A stretch of DNA of 50,000 nt from Chiloscyllium plagiosum. Its lineage: Eukaryota. Positions within the stretch are counted from its first letter, which is position 1; the number at the start of each line of letters is the position of its first letter. The DNA is taken from assembly GCF_004010195.1 (NCBI RefSeq), contig NW_025214731.1, forward strand, positions 1 to 50,000, written 5' to 3'. Positions 1 through 13,354 of this stretch are shown piece by piece. The translations under genes and the position numbers were made by a program. The notes beneath the pieces are model-generated. The model ran no database searches. It saw only the letters and a program-made list of their open reading frames with translations, and was not told the origin of the DNA.

Positions 1-214
1 AATCAATCAACTTCTGTCACCTCTTTCAGTGAACCAATTCATAATTGTTCTGTCGCCTAATGGAAGAAAAAGGATTAAAAGGTTGGCTTAATATACGTCT
101 GCAGATCAAAGCAAACATTTTACTACATACCAGCAGCCTGAAAAAATCAATTCAGATTATACCTCTTCTGCTCAAATTAAATTGAATTATGACTCACTTT
201 TATATAGTGTGCTT

Positions 215-561
215 AATCATAGAATCTCTTCAGTGCAGGTAGAGGCGATTCAGCCCATTGTGCCTGTACTGATCCTCAAAAGACCATCGCTACCAGACCC
301 ACTCAGCTAAACCTGTATCCCCACATTTACAATGGCGAATCCACCCACCCTACACATCCCTGGACACTATGGGACAATTTAGCATGGCCAATCCACCTAA
401 ACTGCGCGTCTTTGGATTGTGGAAAGAAACCAAAGCACCAGGAGGAAATCCACTCAGACACCGGGTGAATGTGCAAACTCCACGCGTGCTGTCACCCAAG
501 GTTACAATCGAACCTTGCTCCCGGGTGCAGTGAAGCAGCAGTGCTAACCGTTGTGTCACCC
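215..561 (-). mobile_element. HE1-type V-SINE (tRNA-derived)
   Basis: Minus strand has a tRNA-like head, a V-domain-like core (GGATTTCCTCCTGGTGCTTTGGTTTCTTTCCACAATCCAAA) and a GATTCTATGATT tail; same family as 13537-13865. Confidence 0.9.
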
Positions 562-748
562 ATTTCAAAGAATAAAATCCCACAATACTTCAAAAGGGAA
601 ATAAAATGGACCCTGAATTAAAGAAAGTGACATGGCATTTACAAACTGTCGAAATCATCATGCTTGCTGTTGACTGTTCTACTCTCATTATGATACGCCA
701 AAAATATTTTAGTAAATAATTGGTAATATTGTACCTCAGCAGCATGTA

Positions 749-965
749 AAGTTACCATGGTCTGACCAAACCATAGGTCTGCTCTCTCATTAGAGAGACA
801 ACTAGTGTTGTTTAACTGGAGAATCACCACACATTAAGTGAGGGGAGTAGTTGAGGAGGAGAGTTCTTCATGGTGATCTCAGCCTGTGCAGGAATTGAAC
901 CCACGCTGTTGACATCACTCTGCATCATAAACCAGCTGTCCGCCAACAGAGCTAACTGATTCCTA
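749..965 (-). mobile_element. tRNA-derived SINE of a second family
   Basis: Minus strand has an A-box-like TTAGCTCTGTTGG and a B-box GGTTCAATTCC; flanked by direct repeat AGCATGTA (741-748, 968-975), a likely target-site duplication (TSD). Confidence 0.7.
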
Positions 966-3346
966 GTAGCATGTACATTGCATGAAAGCACCACATTCAC
1001 ATCAGGACATTGATGAAATTTTTTAAATAAACATGTTCAACTAATTGAATACTTTTGTACCTTTTTTTGACACTCTGAAAACAAAACACAATGTGACATC
1101 AATGATGGAATATATGTCTTGTCCTTATATAACAGATACTCAGTAAATACAAGAGATCATGAAAAAATGTGAAAATATTTGTGAAGCTTTCATGAATGTA
1201 GAGCTATTTTACTCACTTTCTCAAAGTAATATTACTTGAGAATGAGACATTCAACAATTTTACAGAGATAACAGTCACGTTTTGCAGTAGAAATAAAGTG
1301 AGGTTATCAGAAATTCAATTCATAAAATGTCCATTACAGCCAACGGTGGTGACTGCATGTGGAATTAAAACTGGGTAGCAGGTGAATGCCAAATTATTTC
1401 TTCAACTCCTCCTGAAATTGCATTATACCATATTCTCATTAACATTCTGCATTGAAATATATGGAACATGAAATTGGGATCCTCACACAACAGATATTTA
1501 ATAAATTAGCCACAGTCACCACTTAAATGAAAGTAAATTATTTAATAATTCTCTGATAATACCAGCCAATCTCTCTACCACTGAAAATTCACTTCGACAA
1601 AAATGAAGACTTTCAATTGTTCAGATTTTAAAAATTGAAATCTCTCTCTTAATGCCATCTTTCGTCCCCCTCCTCACTTCACTTTCTGATTTAATGTTGA
1701 ATTGAAAGATTCTCCCCAGCACATCCTGGTTCAGACTGTGTTGTCACCAATGAGTCTGTAACACCCCCTCACCCCCCGAGACTGGCCAAGGAGAAGAATA
1801 TAGACTGCTTTGTTCACATGTCACAACCTCCTGCAGAGACGCTGTGCCATTTTGACTCTCCAATTCTAATTTTACAGCCAAATATGAAAACTACACTCAA
1901 TAATGACCAATTAGCACTAAACAGCCAATTTCCTTGACTGCTGCTATTTTGATTCTAGGCAAACAAACACACTGAATCTGTATTTCTCGTTCTTTTTCAA
2001 ATACTTCCAAGTCATTTCCCAGAGTGTGTGTAGTCCTACAAAAATAATCTCTACTCTAGCAACCAAAAATAAATCTGGAATTTTCGACATGGTTTGTATT
2101 TTCAATTGTCATAGTTATTTATAATTATTATTTAAATTAAACATTTTAAAGATATACCATGCTATTTTAAATTATATTTAGTGTCAAGTAAATGAGGAAG
2201 TAACAAAGTCATCATTAAACTTCTTTCACTAACCAACAGGTTGCAAATATAAAACACAAAAACAATTAGCTTGAAGATTACTTACACACCAACATTATGG
2301 CCTCACTCAATTAAAGCAAATAACATAAAAATTGCTAGAAATGACCAAACATTTAATTGCTTTCAGTATTTGAGAGTGAAATATCAGAGCAGCAGAAACC
2401 AAAACAACTGTCTTAAAGTTACAGCAGGAAATCCTTACTAGTTGCAGAAAAATAACCAACTGTGTGACTTCCTGCTGTTATCTGATCTGCTACCTCTTTT
2501 TGAGTGTAATGATACCTACAAGTCTTTGCAGCATTTCTCATGTTCTTACATTTTGTCTGGTAAATGTACCAATCATCTCTAAATTTAAATGCTGCGCAAT
2601 TCATAGATTATAAATTGGGATTCCAAAAAAACAAAGATCAAACTTACAGAATAGTTTATTGGTGATAAATGTAAAACAAAGGAATTCATTTGGTAACTTG
2701 AACAAATTAGTTGATTCGATAATTGGCTTTTGTCCATTTTCTCAGACACCCATTCAGATGTTGTGAGCTGATGTCTCCACTTCAGTTGGCCTCTGCCAAA
2801 CTTCTGCCTAAACAGCTGATCCCAAGTTAACAAATCCAGAAGCAGCACAATAGCCCTGTAGACATAACCCACGGCAATTTCACTTTCCCCATTTCCCTAT
2901 CACAATGTGGTTAAAATTCACTGTGAGGGATTGGATTTGCTCTTTACCCTGCTGACACATTATGGTGGCATTTTCCAGACAGGCTGCAAAATGATACAGA
3001 ACTTGTAAATTGAATTGGGCTCATAATTAGGAAAATGTATTTTCTTATCTCATTACATTGTCTATAGGGTTCTTTGAAACCAACAATAGTGATTTACTTC
3101 AATGCTCTCATGAGAACAGACCCATACAATCAAAGTTACACCCATACTGTGCTATTTACATATAATTCCCATTTTTTTAAAAATCAGGAAATGTCTAAAT
3201 TGCTGCACTCAAATGGAACACATATCTGATCAGCAAAGTGAACATGGCGAAATTCTAAGGTGTAAAATTGGACAACAGTTTAACTTTTAAACCCAATTCA
3301 TTTTGCCTGTCCATAAAAGACACAAAGAATGTGAATAACATACACA

Positions 3347-3360
3347 CCACTAGGTGGTGC
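3347..3360 (+). promoter_or_regulatory. candidate CTCF-binding motif
   Basis: CCACTAGGTGGTGC closely matches the CTCF core CCASYAGRKGGCRS, in non-repeat sequence; motif match only. Confidence 0.4.
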
Positions 3361-4239
3361 ACTAAAACAGATTACTAATGTGACATCTCTCACACATGCA
3401 ATATCTAACTAGGAATTGGAGAAAAATGTGCACCTTGAACTGGTTTTTGGTAAGAATGATGACCCCAAATCATTGAAAAAACTGGATTTTAAAATATATT
3501 TATATGAAACAAACCATAATACTGCAGCCTGTATAAAGTGCAACTTTTATCTTTCACAGTGACTAAAAATGGGAAACTCTCTACTCTCCCCATACATCAT
3601 GAGAAGGATAAATTATAATGATTTGCATTTGCTTAGTAAACCTTTTTAATACTAGCTTGGGTTTAATATCAGACTGAACAAGACCATTCTGCCAAAAATA
3701 ATCACTTTGTGCAACTGCAAGCAAACTTGAGGCAATTTATTATAAAATAATTAGTCACAATTCCAGGCAAGCTGAAAACCAGTCTGATCGAGACACCCTA
3801 CAAAGGCATGAATTTCAGACTTTCTAACAGCTAGCAATTAGTACAGCAACTAACTTTATAGTTTCCACATGGCCATTTTCAAACTCACCTTTAAAAGTGA
3901 AACCTATCACATAGTAAATCCAAGTACCTGAGCACTTGATGCCAGTGGATTAACCCTCTGTCCTTTCACATGTCTAGAGTCTCTGTTGGCAGCCAAAGTT
4001 TGATGTAAAATAGGTTTGTGCAATCTCAGCTAGTTTCAAAATAGAAACTACATGGATGACTGCAGTGAGAAATTAAAATATCCTGCTAGCAAGGAGCTTT
4101 TCCTGAGATTTGGTCTGGACTTACACAGTTGGATCAAAATCAAAGATACTTTGATAATCTGTGCAATGTCTGACCTAGATATACCGAAACCATTGTGTGA
4201 AGTAGGAGCACAGCAAGAATTTTTACAAAAGTAATGAAA

Positions 4240-4770
4240 CATTGTGTGGCAAACCTCCGCATGGTAAGAAGGATGTGATTGCATTAGAGAAGGTGCAGAG
4301 GAGGTTCACTAGGATATTGCGTGGGCTGCAGCAATCCAACTAAGAAGAGAGATTCGATGTCTTGGGACAGCTTTCCTCAGAGCAAAGAAGGTTGAGGATA
4401 TTTGACAGAGGCGTGCAAAGTTCTGAAGGGCCTCGACAGCACAGATAGGGAGAAATGTTTCCCTTTTGTAGAGGGATCAATAACCAGCGACGATAGGCAA
4501 GGAACAGGAGGTGTAAGAGGAGATTTTGGGGGAGTAAAACTCAAGCAGAGGATTGTAACTATCCAGAACACACTGCTTAAAAGGATGGTAGAGGCAGGAA
4601 CTTCCAAGACATTAAACACCTTTTAGTTATACACTTGAAATACCATAGCATACAAGACTATGAGCCAAGTGTAGTAAACTTAGAACAGGTGAATGTTTGA
4701 TGACCAACATGGACATGATGGTCAGAAGGACCTCTGTCTATTTGTAAAAACTCAATGACTTTATAACCTT
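4240..4770 (+). mobile_element. old CR1-clade LINE 3' fragment
   Basis: Translates to KDVIALEKVQRRFTRI and TEACKVLKGLD (decayed CR1 ORF2 C-terminus), followed by a 3' UTR. Confidence 0.8.
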
Positions 4771-4942
4771 ACAGTAATAAGAAAAAGAAGAAAACACCAG
4801 AACCCAACAAGTTTCATCTAATGATCCTGAAGTAAATGAAAGAGTAATAAATACCACAAAAGCTCTCTCTCAGGGTTCAAGGGAGTGCATGCATGCCTGA
4901 GAACTGGAGAGTGACCAAAGGTTACTTATTTCAAAAAGTGCT

Positions 4943-5247
4943 TTAGATTAGATTCCCAACAGTGTGGAAACAGGCCCTTCAGCTCAACAAGTCCACACCG
5001 ACCCTCTGAAGAGTAACCAACTTCCCTCTGGCTAATGCACCTAACACTACAGGTAATTTAGCATGGCCAATCCACCTGACCTGCACATTTTTGGACTGTG
5101 GGAGGAAACTGGATCACCCGGAGGAAACCCACACAGACACTGGGAGAATGTGCAAACTCCACATAAACAGTCACCCAAGGCAGGAATCGAACCTGGGTCC
5201 CTAGTGCTCTGAGGCTGTAGTGCTAGCCACTGAGCCACTGTGCTGCC
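4943..5247 (-). mobile_element. HE1-type V-SINE
   Basis: Minus strand GTGGCTCAGTGGCTAGCAC...GGTTCGATTCC (A/B boxes), V-domain, AATCTAATCTAA tail. Confidence 0.92.
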
Positions 5248-5319
5248 TGATGTGGGATATGGGTAATTACAGGCTACTTAAGAGAACATTTTTCACAGCT
5301 ATATACAGAATCGCTGAGT

Positions 5320-5630
5320 AAACAGAAAGGAAGATTGCAATCGAGTATCGCCTTCAGGCAGGCGGCGGTTTGAACAGATGGAAGAAATGCAGTGGATGTT
5401 GTGTACATGGACTTTAGCAAATCTTTGAGTCAAAGCATAATACAGGAAATGATAAGGAATATGGAAACAGAGAAAGGACAACTCATTGGTTTAAAAACTG
5501 ATCAGGAAATAGAATAGTAGTTTAACTTTTCTGAGTGGTTGGATGTGGTTAAGGGTTCCTACAAGATCCTGAACTGAGATCCCTTGTCTTCATTGCATAC
5601 CAATGATTTGAATGCAGGATCAGATGAAGT
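5320..5630 (+). mobile_element. very old CR1 reverse-transcriptase fragment
   Basis: GCAGTGGATGTTGTGTACATGGACTTTAGCAAA encodes AVDVVYMDFSK; the rest is degenerate. Confidence 0.65.
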
Positions 5631-6989
5631 AGTGTTGATAGTAAAGCAGAAAACATAACAAATAATTGATAATTTGATGAATAGTAGCCTTCCCTAACCT
5701 AGGAGTGCCCTATTACCAAAGATCCATATGCCTGGTCCACACTGACTTCTCATTGGAGAAAATGACTGAATCATGCAAATAAAAATACAAACACTTTCAA
5801 AAGATAACTAACCAATTTAATTTCTGCATTAATTATACTTCTGTGGAAACGATTTCCGTAATAAGCTTCAGGTATTTCTTTTTATTAAAACTGCCTACCA
5901 TCAATACTTAAAAATGTGGAATCAGCTGAATTTTAATTTTATGTGAAGTTGCCAAACCCTTCTGCATCCTTGTATAGCAGAGTTGGTCAGAACATGCAGT
6001 TGTAGTGACAATCAGATCAGCTATTATCTTACTGAATGGTACAGTACACTATAGGGACTGAACGGCCTAATTCAGATGTTTGTTCACTGCATTTAAAGAA
6101 GAAAAACAGCATTTTCACTTTGTATCACTTCTGTTCTTATTAACTGGCCTTCCATTGCTATTTTCATAATGTTTTCTTATATTTTTTGTTAACCCTCCCA
6201 TTTCCATCATTTTTTTTATCTTCCCTCTCATTTAACTGAAAATATTCCTTCTGAAATAGAGAAATGGCAATGTACAAAATAAAAAAACACAGCTAAAACT
6301 TGAAAATGCTCCATGTAGATCTACTTGACAAATGTGTTCTTTCAAATCCTTTGGAATAGGTTAGAACCAAAAGATTGGGCTGGTTTTTGTGGTTGGGGCA
6401 AAGCCACCGACTTTTAAGAAAACGGTCCACAACAAATTTGCAAACTCTAAGAGGAAACTTTGGTTTCCTTGTTGTCAGTTTATTTCAACCATTAATTTAA
6501 GGGAACATAACAGGGATGTAGCAGCAATGATGTTAGCAAGCAGACTTGAGCAGCCAATCACATTTAAGTATTCTTATAGGTAGCTTGTCAGGAAATATAA
6601 GCCCCTGAATCCCCACATTTAGAATTTTAACATTATTTTTATGACAGAATAATGAGTTGAACATGTAAATGAAATTAACGAATGACGGATTTGAAATAAT
6701 TTATCAGAATGGAGGAACTTGACTTGTAGGAAATTTGAAACACTCTTTTCCAAGGTGATGGTGTTCAGCAGTAATTTGCAAACTTAATACACTATTAAAA
6801 GCCCAGCTAAAGCTCATTCAACAAAGTAGAACTTTGTCTTCCATAGGGAAGGTAACGTTAAGAGATAAAACTTCATCCGCAATGCAAACCAATTTTGATA
6901 AAATCAAAACCAGCTTTATTGTTCCCACCTCAAAAAAAAAGTCACTCGCTAGCAGTTATCACATCTGAAGCAAGGACTTCCCAACTGGG

Positions 6990-7085
6990 CAGGCAGAAGG
7001 GATTAGTTTTTACTGGCATCAGATTCGGCACAACATTGTGGGCTGAAGGACCTGCTCCTATGCTGTACTATTTGATGTTTGATGA
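6990..7085 (+). mobile_element. CR1 3' tail fragment
   Basis: CGGCACAACATTGTGGGCTGAAGGACCTG...TGCTGTAC matches the tails at 19270-19322 and 38440-38500. Confidence 0.6.
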
Positions 7086-7439
7086 CACAAGGGCACAAAA
7101 GGTGCCATTCAAGAACGCAAAGGGTGGGGAGGCATGAGAGCAATTTAAGAACTCCAGGGGTTGACTGGTGGGTGCTGCCTTTTCAAGGGCTTTAATCATA
7201 ACAGGAATCAGCTTTAAAAGATCTTCCCATTCAAACACACCCACTATTACAAAAGGAACCGCACAAATGTTAGCACTCAGTCCGAGTTCCACCATTGCTT
7301 CCTGGAGTTCATGACACCAAAATTGCATCTTGTGACCAAGAGTATAGGAAGAACAAAGAACTAAGCTGTCGAAAGATTATGTGCAACATTTTGTTATGTT
7401 GGAATTACCAATAGAAAAATTAATAACCAAAACTTTGGT

Positions 7440-7750
7440 TTTATATTCATTCACAGGATGTTGTATCATGGCCATGAATGCCCCAGTTAAAAGTCAATCA
7501 TATTCCTGTGGGTCTGGAGTCACATGTATGGCAGTTTCCTTCCCCAAAGGACATTAACAAATCAGTTGGGGTTTTCCCCCCCAACAGTTGACAATGGTTC
7601 ATGGTCATCAATAGACACTTAATTCCAGATTTTTACTGAATTCAAATTCCACCATCTGCCGTGGCAGGATTCAAATCCAGGTACCCAGAACATCGCCTGG
7701 CTCTTCAGGTTACTAATCTAGCGATAATGCCACTAGCTCATTGCAACCCC
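7440..7750 (-). mobile_element. tRNA-derived SINE (third family)
   Basis: Minus-strand head GTGGCATTATCGCTAG...GATTTGAATCC and core TAATGTCCTTTGGGGAAGGAAACTGCC; related pieces at 34650-34835 and 46995-47150. Confidence 0.7.
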
Positions 7751-8161
7751 ATATTAAAACAAACATTTCTGAATATAATTATATTCTTCCGTAACAAAGT
7801 TTTAACAATGTTCCGGAAGGTTGGTTTTTAATTGGTTTTCACATAACTTACCTGTTATGGATAAAATCAATTCATAGAATGTCTTATGGAGATGAGAAAT
7901 GTCAGACTAACAATTATTTCAACATCAGCATCATTTTCCAAACAACTTTGATGAATTCAAGTGCATCAATGAATTAGAATCAACTGTACCAGATCTACAG
8001 ATAAACATGTGGATATCTTAAAAATAGCATCTATTGTCCATACAACAGTGTACAGCATGAGTGCTTGAGGACTTTGCACAGTTTTATTAAAAATGGGCTG
8101 CAGCTCAAGGCATGAAGAACCTTTACAGTAAATCCTCAAATATATAAAAAAAAACTGGGGT

Positions 8162-8194
8162 TCCTGATGAAGAAGCAGTGCTCCGAAAGCTAGT
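8162..8194 (+). ncRNA. minimal hammerhead-like motif of a PLE terminal repeat, disrupted by a LINE
   Basis: CTGATGA-A-GAAGC-AGT-GCTCC-GAAA-GCTA: core boxes, stem II with one mismatch, palindromic AGCT; probable continuation at 10689-10746. Confidence 0.55.
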
Positions 8195-10688
8195 CATAGA
8201 GTCTTAGAGAGCTACAGCATGGAAACAGACCCTTTGGTTCAACCCGTCCATGCAAACAGATATCCCAACCCAATCTAGTCCCACCTCCCAGCACCCGGCC
8301 CATAGCCCTCCAAACCCTTCCTATTCATATACCCATCCAAATGGCTTTTAAATGTTGTAATTGTACCAGCCTCCACCACTTCCTCTGGCAGCTCATTCCA
8401 TACACTTACCACCCTCTGCATGCAAAAGTTATCCCTTAGGTCTCTTTTAGATCTTTCCCCTCTCACCCTACACCTATGCCCTCTAGTTCTGGACTCCCTG
8501 ACCCCAGGGAAAAGACTTTGTCTATTTATCCTATCCATGCCCCTCATAATTTTGTAAACCTCTATAAAGGTCACCCCTCAGCCTCCGACACTCCAAGGAA
8601 AACAGCCCCAGCCTGTTCAGCCTCTCCCTGTAGCTCAAATTCTCCAACCCCAGCATCATCCTTGTAAATCTTTTCTGAACCCTTTCAAGTTTCACAATAT
8701 CTTTCCGAAAGGAAGGAGACCAGAACTGCATGCAATATTCCAACAGCGGCCTAACCAATGTCCTGTACAGCCACAACATGACCTCCCAACTCCTGTACTC
8801 AAAACTCTGACCAATAAAGGAGAGCATATCAAACGCCTTCTTCACTATCCTATCTACCTGCGACTCCACTTTCAAGGAGCTATGAACCTGTGCTCCAAGT
8901 TCTCTTTGTTCAGCAACACTCCCCAGGACCTTACCATTAAGCATATAAGTCCTGCTAGGATTTGCTTTCCCAAAATGCAGCACCTCACATTTATCTGAAT
9001 TAAACTCCATCTGCCACTTCTCAGCCCATTGGCCCATCTGGTCCAGATCCTGGTGTAATCTGAGGTAACCTTCTTTGTTGTCCACTACACGTCCAATTTT
9101 GGTGTCATCTGCAAACTTACCAACTTCTTACTGAGATATTTATATCATCGATGATATGAATATCTCAGTAAGAAGCCCAGCAATCACTTCTCTATCTTCC
9201 CACAGAGCTCTCGGATTCACCTGATCTGGTCCTCGGGATATATCCACCTTCATGCACATCAAGACATCCAGCACTTCCTCCTTTGTAAAATGGACATTTT
9301 TCAAAATGTCACCATCTATGTCCCTACATTCTATATCTTTCATATTCTTTTCCACAGTAAATACAGCAAAATACCCGTTTCGTATCTCTCCCATTTTCTG
9401 CAGCTCCACAAAAAGGCCGCCTTGCTGATCTTTGAGAGGCCTTATTCTCTCCCTAGTTACTCTTTTGTCCTTATTGTATTTGTAAAAACTCTTTGGATTC
9501 TCCTTAATTCTATTTGCCAAAGCTATCTCATGACCCAATTTTGCCCTCCTGATTTCCCTCTTAAGTATACTCCCACTGCCTTTATACTCTTCTAAGGGTT
9601 CACTCGATCTATCCTGTCTATACCTGACATATGCTTCCTTCTTTTTCTTAACCAAACCCTCAATTTCTTTAGTCATCCAACATTCTCTATACATACCAGC
9701 CTTTCCTTTCGCCGTAACAGGAATATACTTTCTCTGGATTCTCGTTATCTCATTTCTGAAGGCTTCCCATTTTTAAGCCGTCCCTTTACCTGCGAACATT
9801 TGCCTCCAATCAGCTTTAGAAAGTTCTTGCCTAATTCCATCAAAATTGGCCTTCTCCAATTTAAAAGTTCAACTTTTAGATCTGGTCTATCCTTTTCCAT
9901 CACTATTTTAAATCTAATAGAATTATGGTCGCTGGTCCCAAAGTGTTCTCTTACTGACACCTCAGTCACCTGCCCTGCCTTATTTCCCAAGACTAGGTCA
10001 AGTTTTGAAACTTCTCAAGTAGGTACATCCACATACTGAATCAGAAAATTGTCTTGTACACATTTAACAAATTCCTCTCCATCTAAACCCTTTATACTAT
10101 GGCAGTCCCGGTCTATGTTTGGAAAGTTAAAATCCCCTACCATAACCACCCTATTATTCTTACAGATAACTGAAATCTCCTTACAAATTTGTTTCTCAAT
10201 TTCCCTCTGACTTTTAGGAGGCCTATAATATAATCCCAATAAGGTGATCATCCCTTTCTTATTTCTCAGTTCCACCCAAATAACTTCCCTGGATGTATTT
10301 CCGGAAGTATCTTCCCTCAGTACAGCTGTAATGCTATCCCTTATCAAAAATGCCACTCCCCTCCCCCCCTTCTCTTGCCTCCCTTTCTATCCTTGCTGTG
10401 GTATTTGTATCCTGGAACATTAAGCTGCCAGTCCTGTCCATCCCTGAGTCATGTTTCTGTAATTGCTATGATATCCCAGTCCCATGTTCCTAACTATGCC
10501 CTAAATTCATCTGCCTTCCCTGTTAGGTCCCTTGCATTGAAATAAATGCAGTTTAATTTATTAGTCCTACCTTGTCCCTGCCTGCCCTGACTGTTTGATT
10601 CACTTTTGTTCTCAACTGTACCAGTCTCAGGTTGATCTCTTTCCTCACTATCTCCCTGGGTCCCAACCCCCCACCTTACTAGCTTAAC
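8191..10688 (-). mobile_element. HER1/CR1 LINE ORF2, 5'-truncated, with internal RT deletion
   Basis: APE endonuclease motifs (CIYFNAR, GLYYRPP, MVGDFNFPNID, SDHN), then KFADDTK and WQMEFN...KCEVLHFG, and a (CTATGA)-type tail; frameshifted; RT core missing at about 9124-9175. Confidence 0.95.
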
Positions 10689-10874
10689 TGCTTCCAAATA
10701 CAGTAAACCTGTTGGACCATAACCTGGTGTTGTGTGATTTTTAACTGTATATTTTAAATGATATTTGAATAACATTTAATTTTTAATTACATTTAAAATG
10801 CAAAGATACCTTTTTGAAGATCAATGCTAACCAATTCTATAGTAGTTATTTCTTACTTCATTGCTCTACCAGTA

Positions 10875-11118
10875 GTGGCATTATTCCTTCAGTTGCCTAG
10901 GCCCTAAGCTCAGGAATTCTCTCTTGTAAACCTCTCCACCAGTCTTTCTTCATTCAAGATGCTACTTAAAAGCTAATCTTTGACAAAGATTTTGGGCATC
11001 AATCCAAAAAGCTGCTTACGTTCCTCAGTTTCAATTAGTGTTTGATCATGTTCCTGTAGAGGCACGTTAGAATATGTGGTGACGTTAAAAGGTGCTGGAT
11101 AAATGCAAGTTTTTGTTT
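10875..11118 (+). mobile_element. L2-clade LINE 3' end
   Basis: Translates to FSCLGPKLRNSL...SFKMLLK, followed by an ATAAATGCAAGTT tail typical of L2. Confidence 0.65.
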
Positions 11119-11164
11119 ACTCAAATCCCAAAAAAATGGCGGCTCAGGAATTTTGTATTTTTAC

Positions 11165-11482
11165 CTTCTTGGATACAATAAACTTATGAAGCACTTGGAC
11201 TTAAAACGATACTGCAGTTTAAATAAATTCTTTGTTTTCAGTAAATGTCTCCCTTCCTTCGATGTCTGGGTATGTCAGAGTATAGTCTATTTCCTGTCCT
11301 GTGTTTGTCAATATGCTGTTTTAGGATGCATCATCGTGCTTCTTGAACAGGGGAGTTGTGATGACTCAGCACATATCTCTCAGTATTCATCAGGCTGACT
11401 GTTTATGATTTTAAAATCCATCCTCTGCGTTGGTTAGATTACAGCTGCAGTCGGTGCTGACACAGTAAGATAAGATTTCCTG
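11165..11482 (-). other. candidate non-coding exon
   Basis: Acceptor TTTTGTTTCCTATTTCAG|CAG and donor AAG|GTAAAA; no long ORF; splice-site matches only. Confidence 0.3.
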
Positions 11483-11860
11483 CTGAAATAGGAAACAAAA
11501 GTTACTTTTTTGTAATTCCTGAGATACAGTTTCTAAGTGTTATATGTACTGTATTGTTCCAGCTAGAAACAAGTATGAATTCGATTGAAATGGGATGTTT
11601 TTAATAAAGTGCTGATAAGGCAAAATAGTAGATTGGTTTCTCATTCCACAGGCACTATTTGATCGACTGGTTTCATCCAACACTTGTGTTGCTTTGCAAT
11701 TTTAATGTTAAGAATGACTTGTTCACCCCAAATAACCTAACAAATCTATGGATTGCAACATGAGACACATTTAAAAAGATAATGACATGCCATGACAGAT
11801 AGGGCATTAATAATTAAGCTTTTATGACCTACCTGACACTCCTTTTATTAACACACTCAC

Positions 11861-11905
11861 CCTAGTTTCCGTGTGGTTTTACAGGACACAGGGCAGCACA
11901 AAGTG
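11861..11905 (-). other. candidate 45-nt exon
   Basis: Acceptor CTCTGTCTCTTTGTCATCACTTCAG| and consensus donor AGG|GTGAGT. Confidence 0.35.
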
Positions 11906-12406
11906 CTGAAGTGATGACAAAGAGACAGAGTATTCAAATCAAACATCCAAAAAGTAAAACTTTCAAAATTGGCCTGGATGACAATGATGTTATTATTTTC
12001 TCCATTAGAATAGAAGAACTGAATTTTACAGCTGCCTGACATCCTGTTCAAACTTGAAGTAATGAACCCCCTCTATATCCCTGTTTACTTGCAAATATTA
12101 ATGCAGAAATGAAAGCACACTCAACTGTTTTTACCTTTTTGCATGGCTTGGCTGAAGATGTTGGAAAGAATTAAACTTATCCTTTTGCTCATCCATGCTT
12201 TTTCATCAGCACTTCTAATTCTGTTCAGTTTTATCTTTGTTGTTCTTTTTCCCCCTTTTTTCTCCACTACATCATGTTTGGTGCATTGACATCAGGGCAT
12301 CCTCATGCAGCAAAGCTGCTCTAGTAGCTTACAAGAGCCATGATGCAGTCAGTCCTCCCTCCTCCACAATTATATTCCAATCCAAATAAGAACAAAGAGC
12401 ATATTA

Positions 12407-12785
12407 AATCATAGAATCTCTACAAGGCAGAAAGAGGCCATTCGGCCCATCAAGTCCACACCAACCTTCCATAAAGCATCCCAACCCAGATTCAGCCTCT
12501 CACCCCATTCCCAAAACCTTGCACTCCCCATGGCTAACCCACCTAACCTACACATTCCCAGACACTATGGTGCAATGCAGCATGGCCAATCCACCTAACC
12601 TGCACATCTTTGGACTGTGGGAAGAAACTGGAGCACCCACAGGAAGCCCACATGGACATGGAGAGAATGTGTAAACTCCACACAGATAATAGCCCAATTT
12701 TTGGGGGTGAGAGATGGGGGAAATCAAACCCAGGTCTCTCATGCTATGAGGCAGAAGTGCTAACCACTGAACCATCATGCCTCCC
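12407..12785 (-). mobile_element. HE1-type V-SINE
   Basis: Same head, V-domain and tail as the other copies; about 20 extra bp near 12695-12720. Confidence 0.9.
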
Positions 12786-13354
12786 TAATGCTGTATTTCC
12801 ATTTTCCACAGAGATCAACCTTAAGGCCTCTCTCACTAATGTTTTTCTACAGTCTAGGCTGAATGGTTAATGAGCCGGTCAACTCCAGGGTTCACAATAA
12901 ATTACTGTACAAAGGGTTTAACCTATTTAGTTTCTGGAATATTGTGTGACTTGCTGCACCTCCTGGTGCACAGCTGAAATAAATCAAGCATTTCTGTTAA
13001 TATTTCAATAACTCTCCAAACTCTAAGTCTTCCCAAGTAAAAAACAAGAAACTCAAGTGATAGCAGACTTTACGACGACAGAAACTGTGAATTTGTTTAT
13101 GCAACAGGCAGAATTATATTGCTCTTTAATATGCCACTCATACAGCATTATTGATTTATGTGCTTCAAAGCCAGTCACACTGCAGTACACTTATCTAAAG
13201 TAGAAACAAAATCTGTGCTGGACTCTCTGAAGCCCATGACTTGAAAAAGGGAAAGGCCAACAAATTTGTATTGACACCACCTTTTGTTACAACCAACAAA
13301 TATCTCTGAAAGAATTTATGCAATGAATCACTTGACAAAATTATCGTCATTGTA

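Noticed and set aside
7852..7906. Consensus minus-strand donor CAG|GTAAGT
   Set aside because: Weak acceptor and an unrecognisable peptide; insufficient support for an exon.
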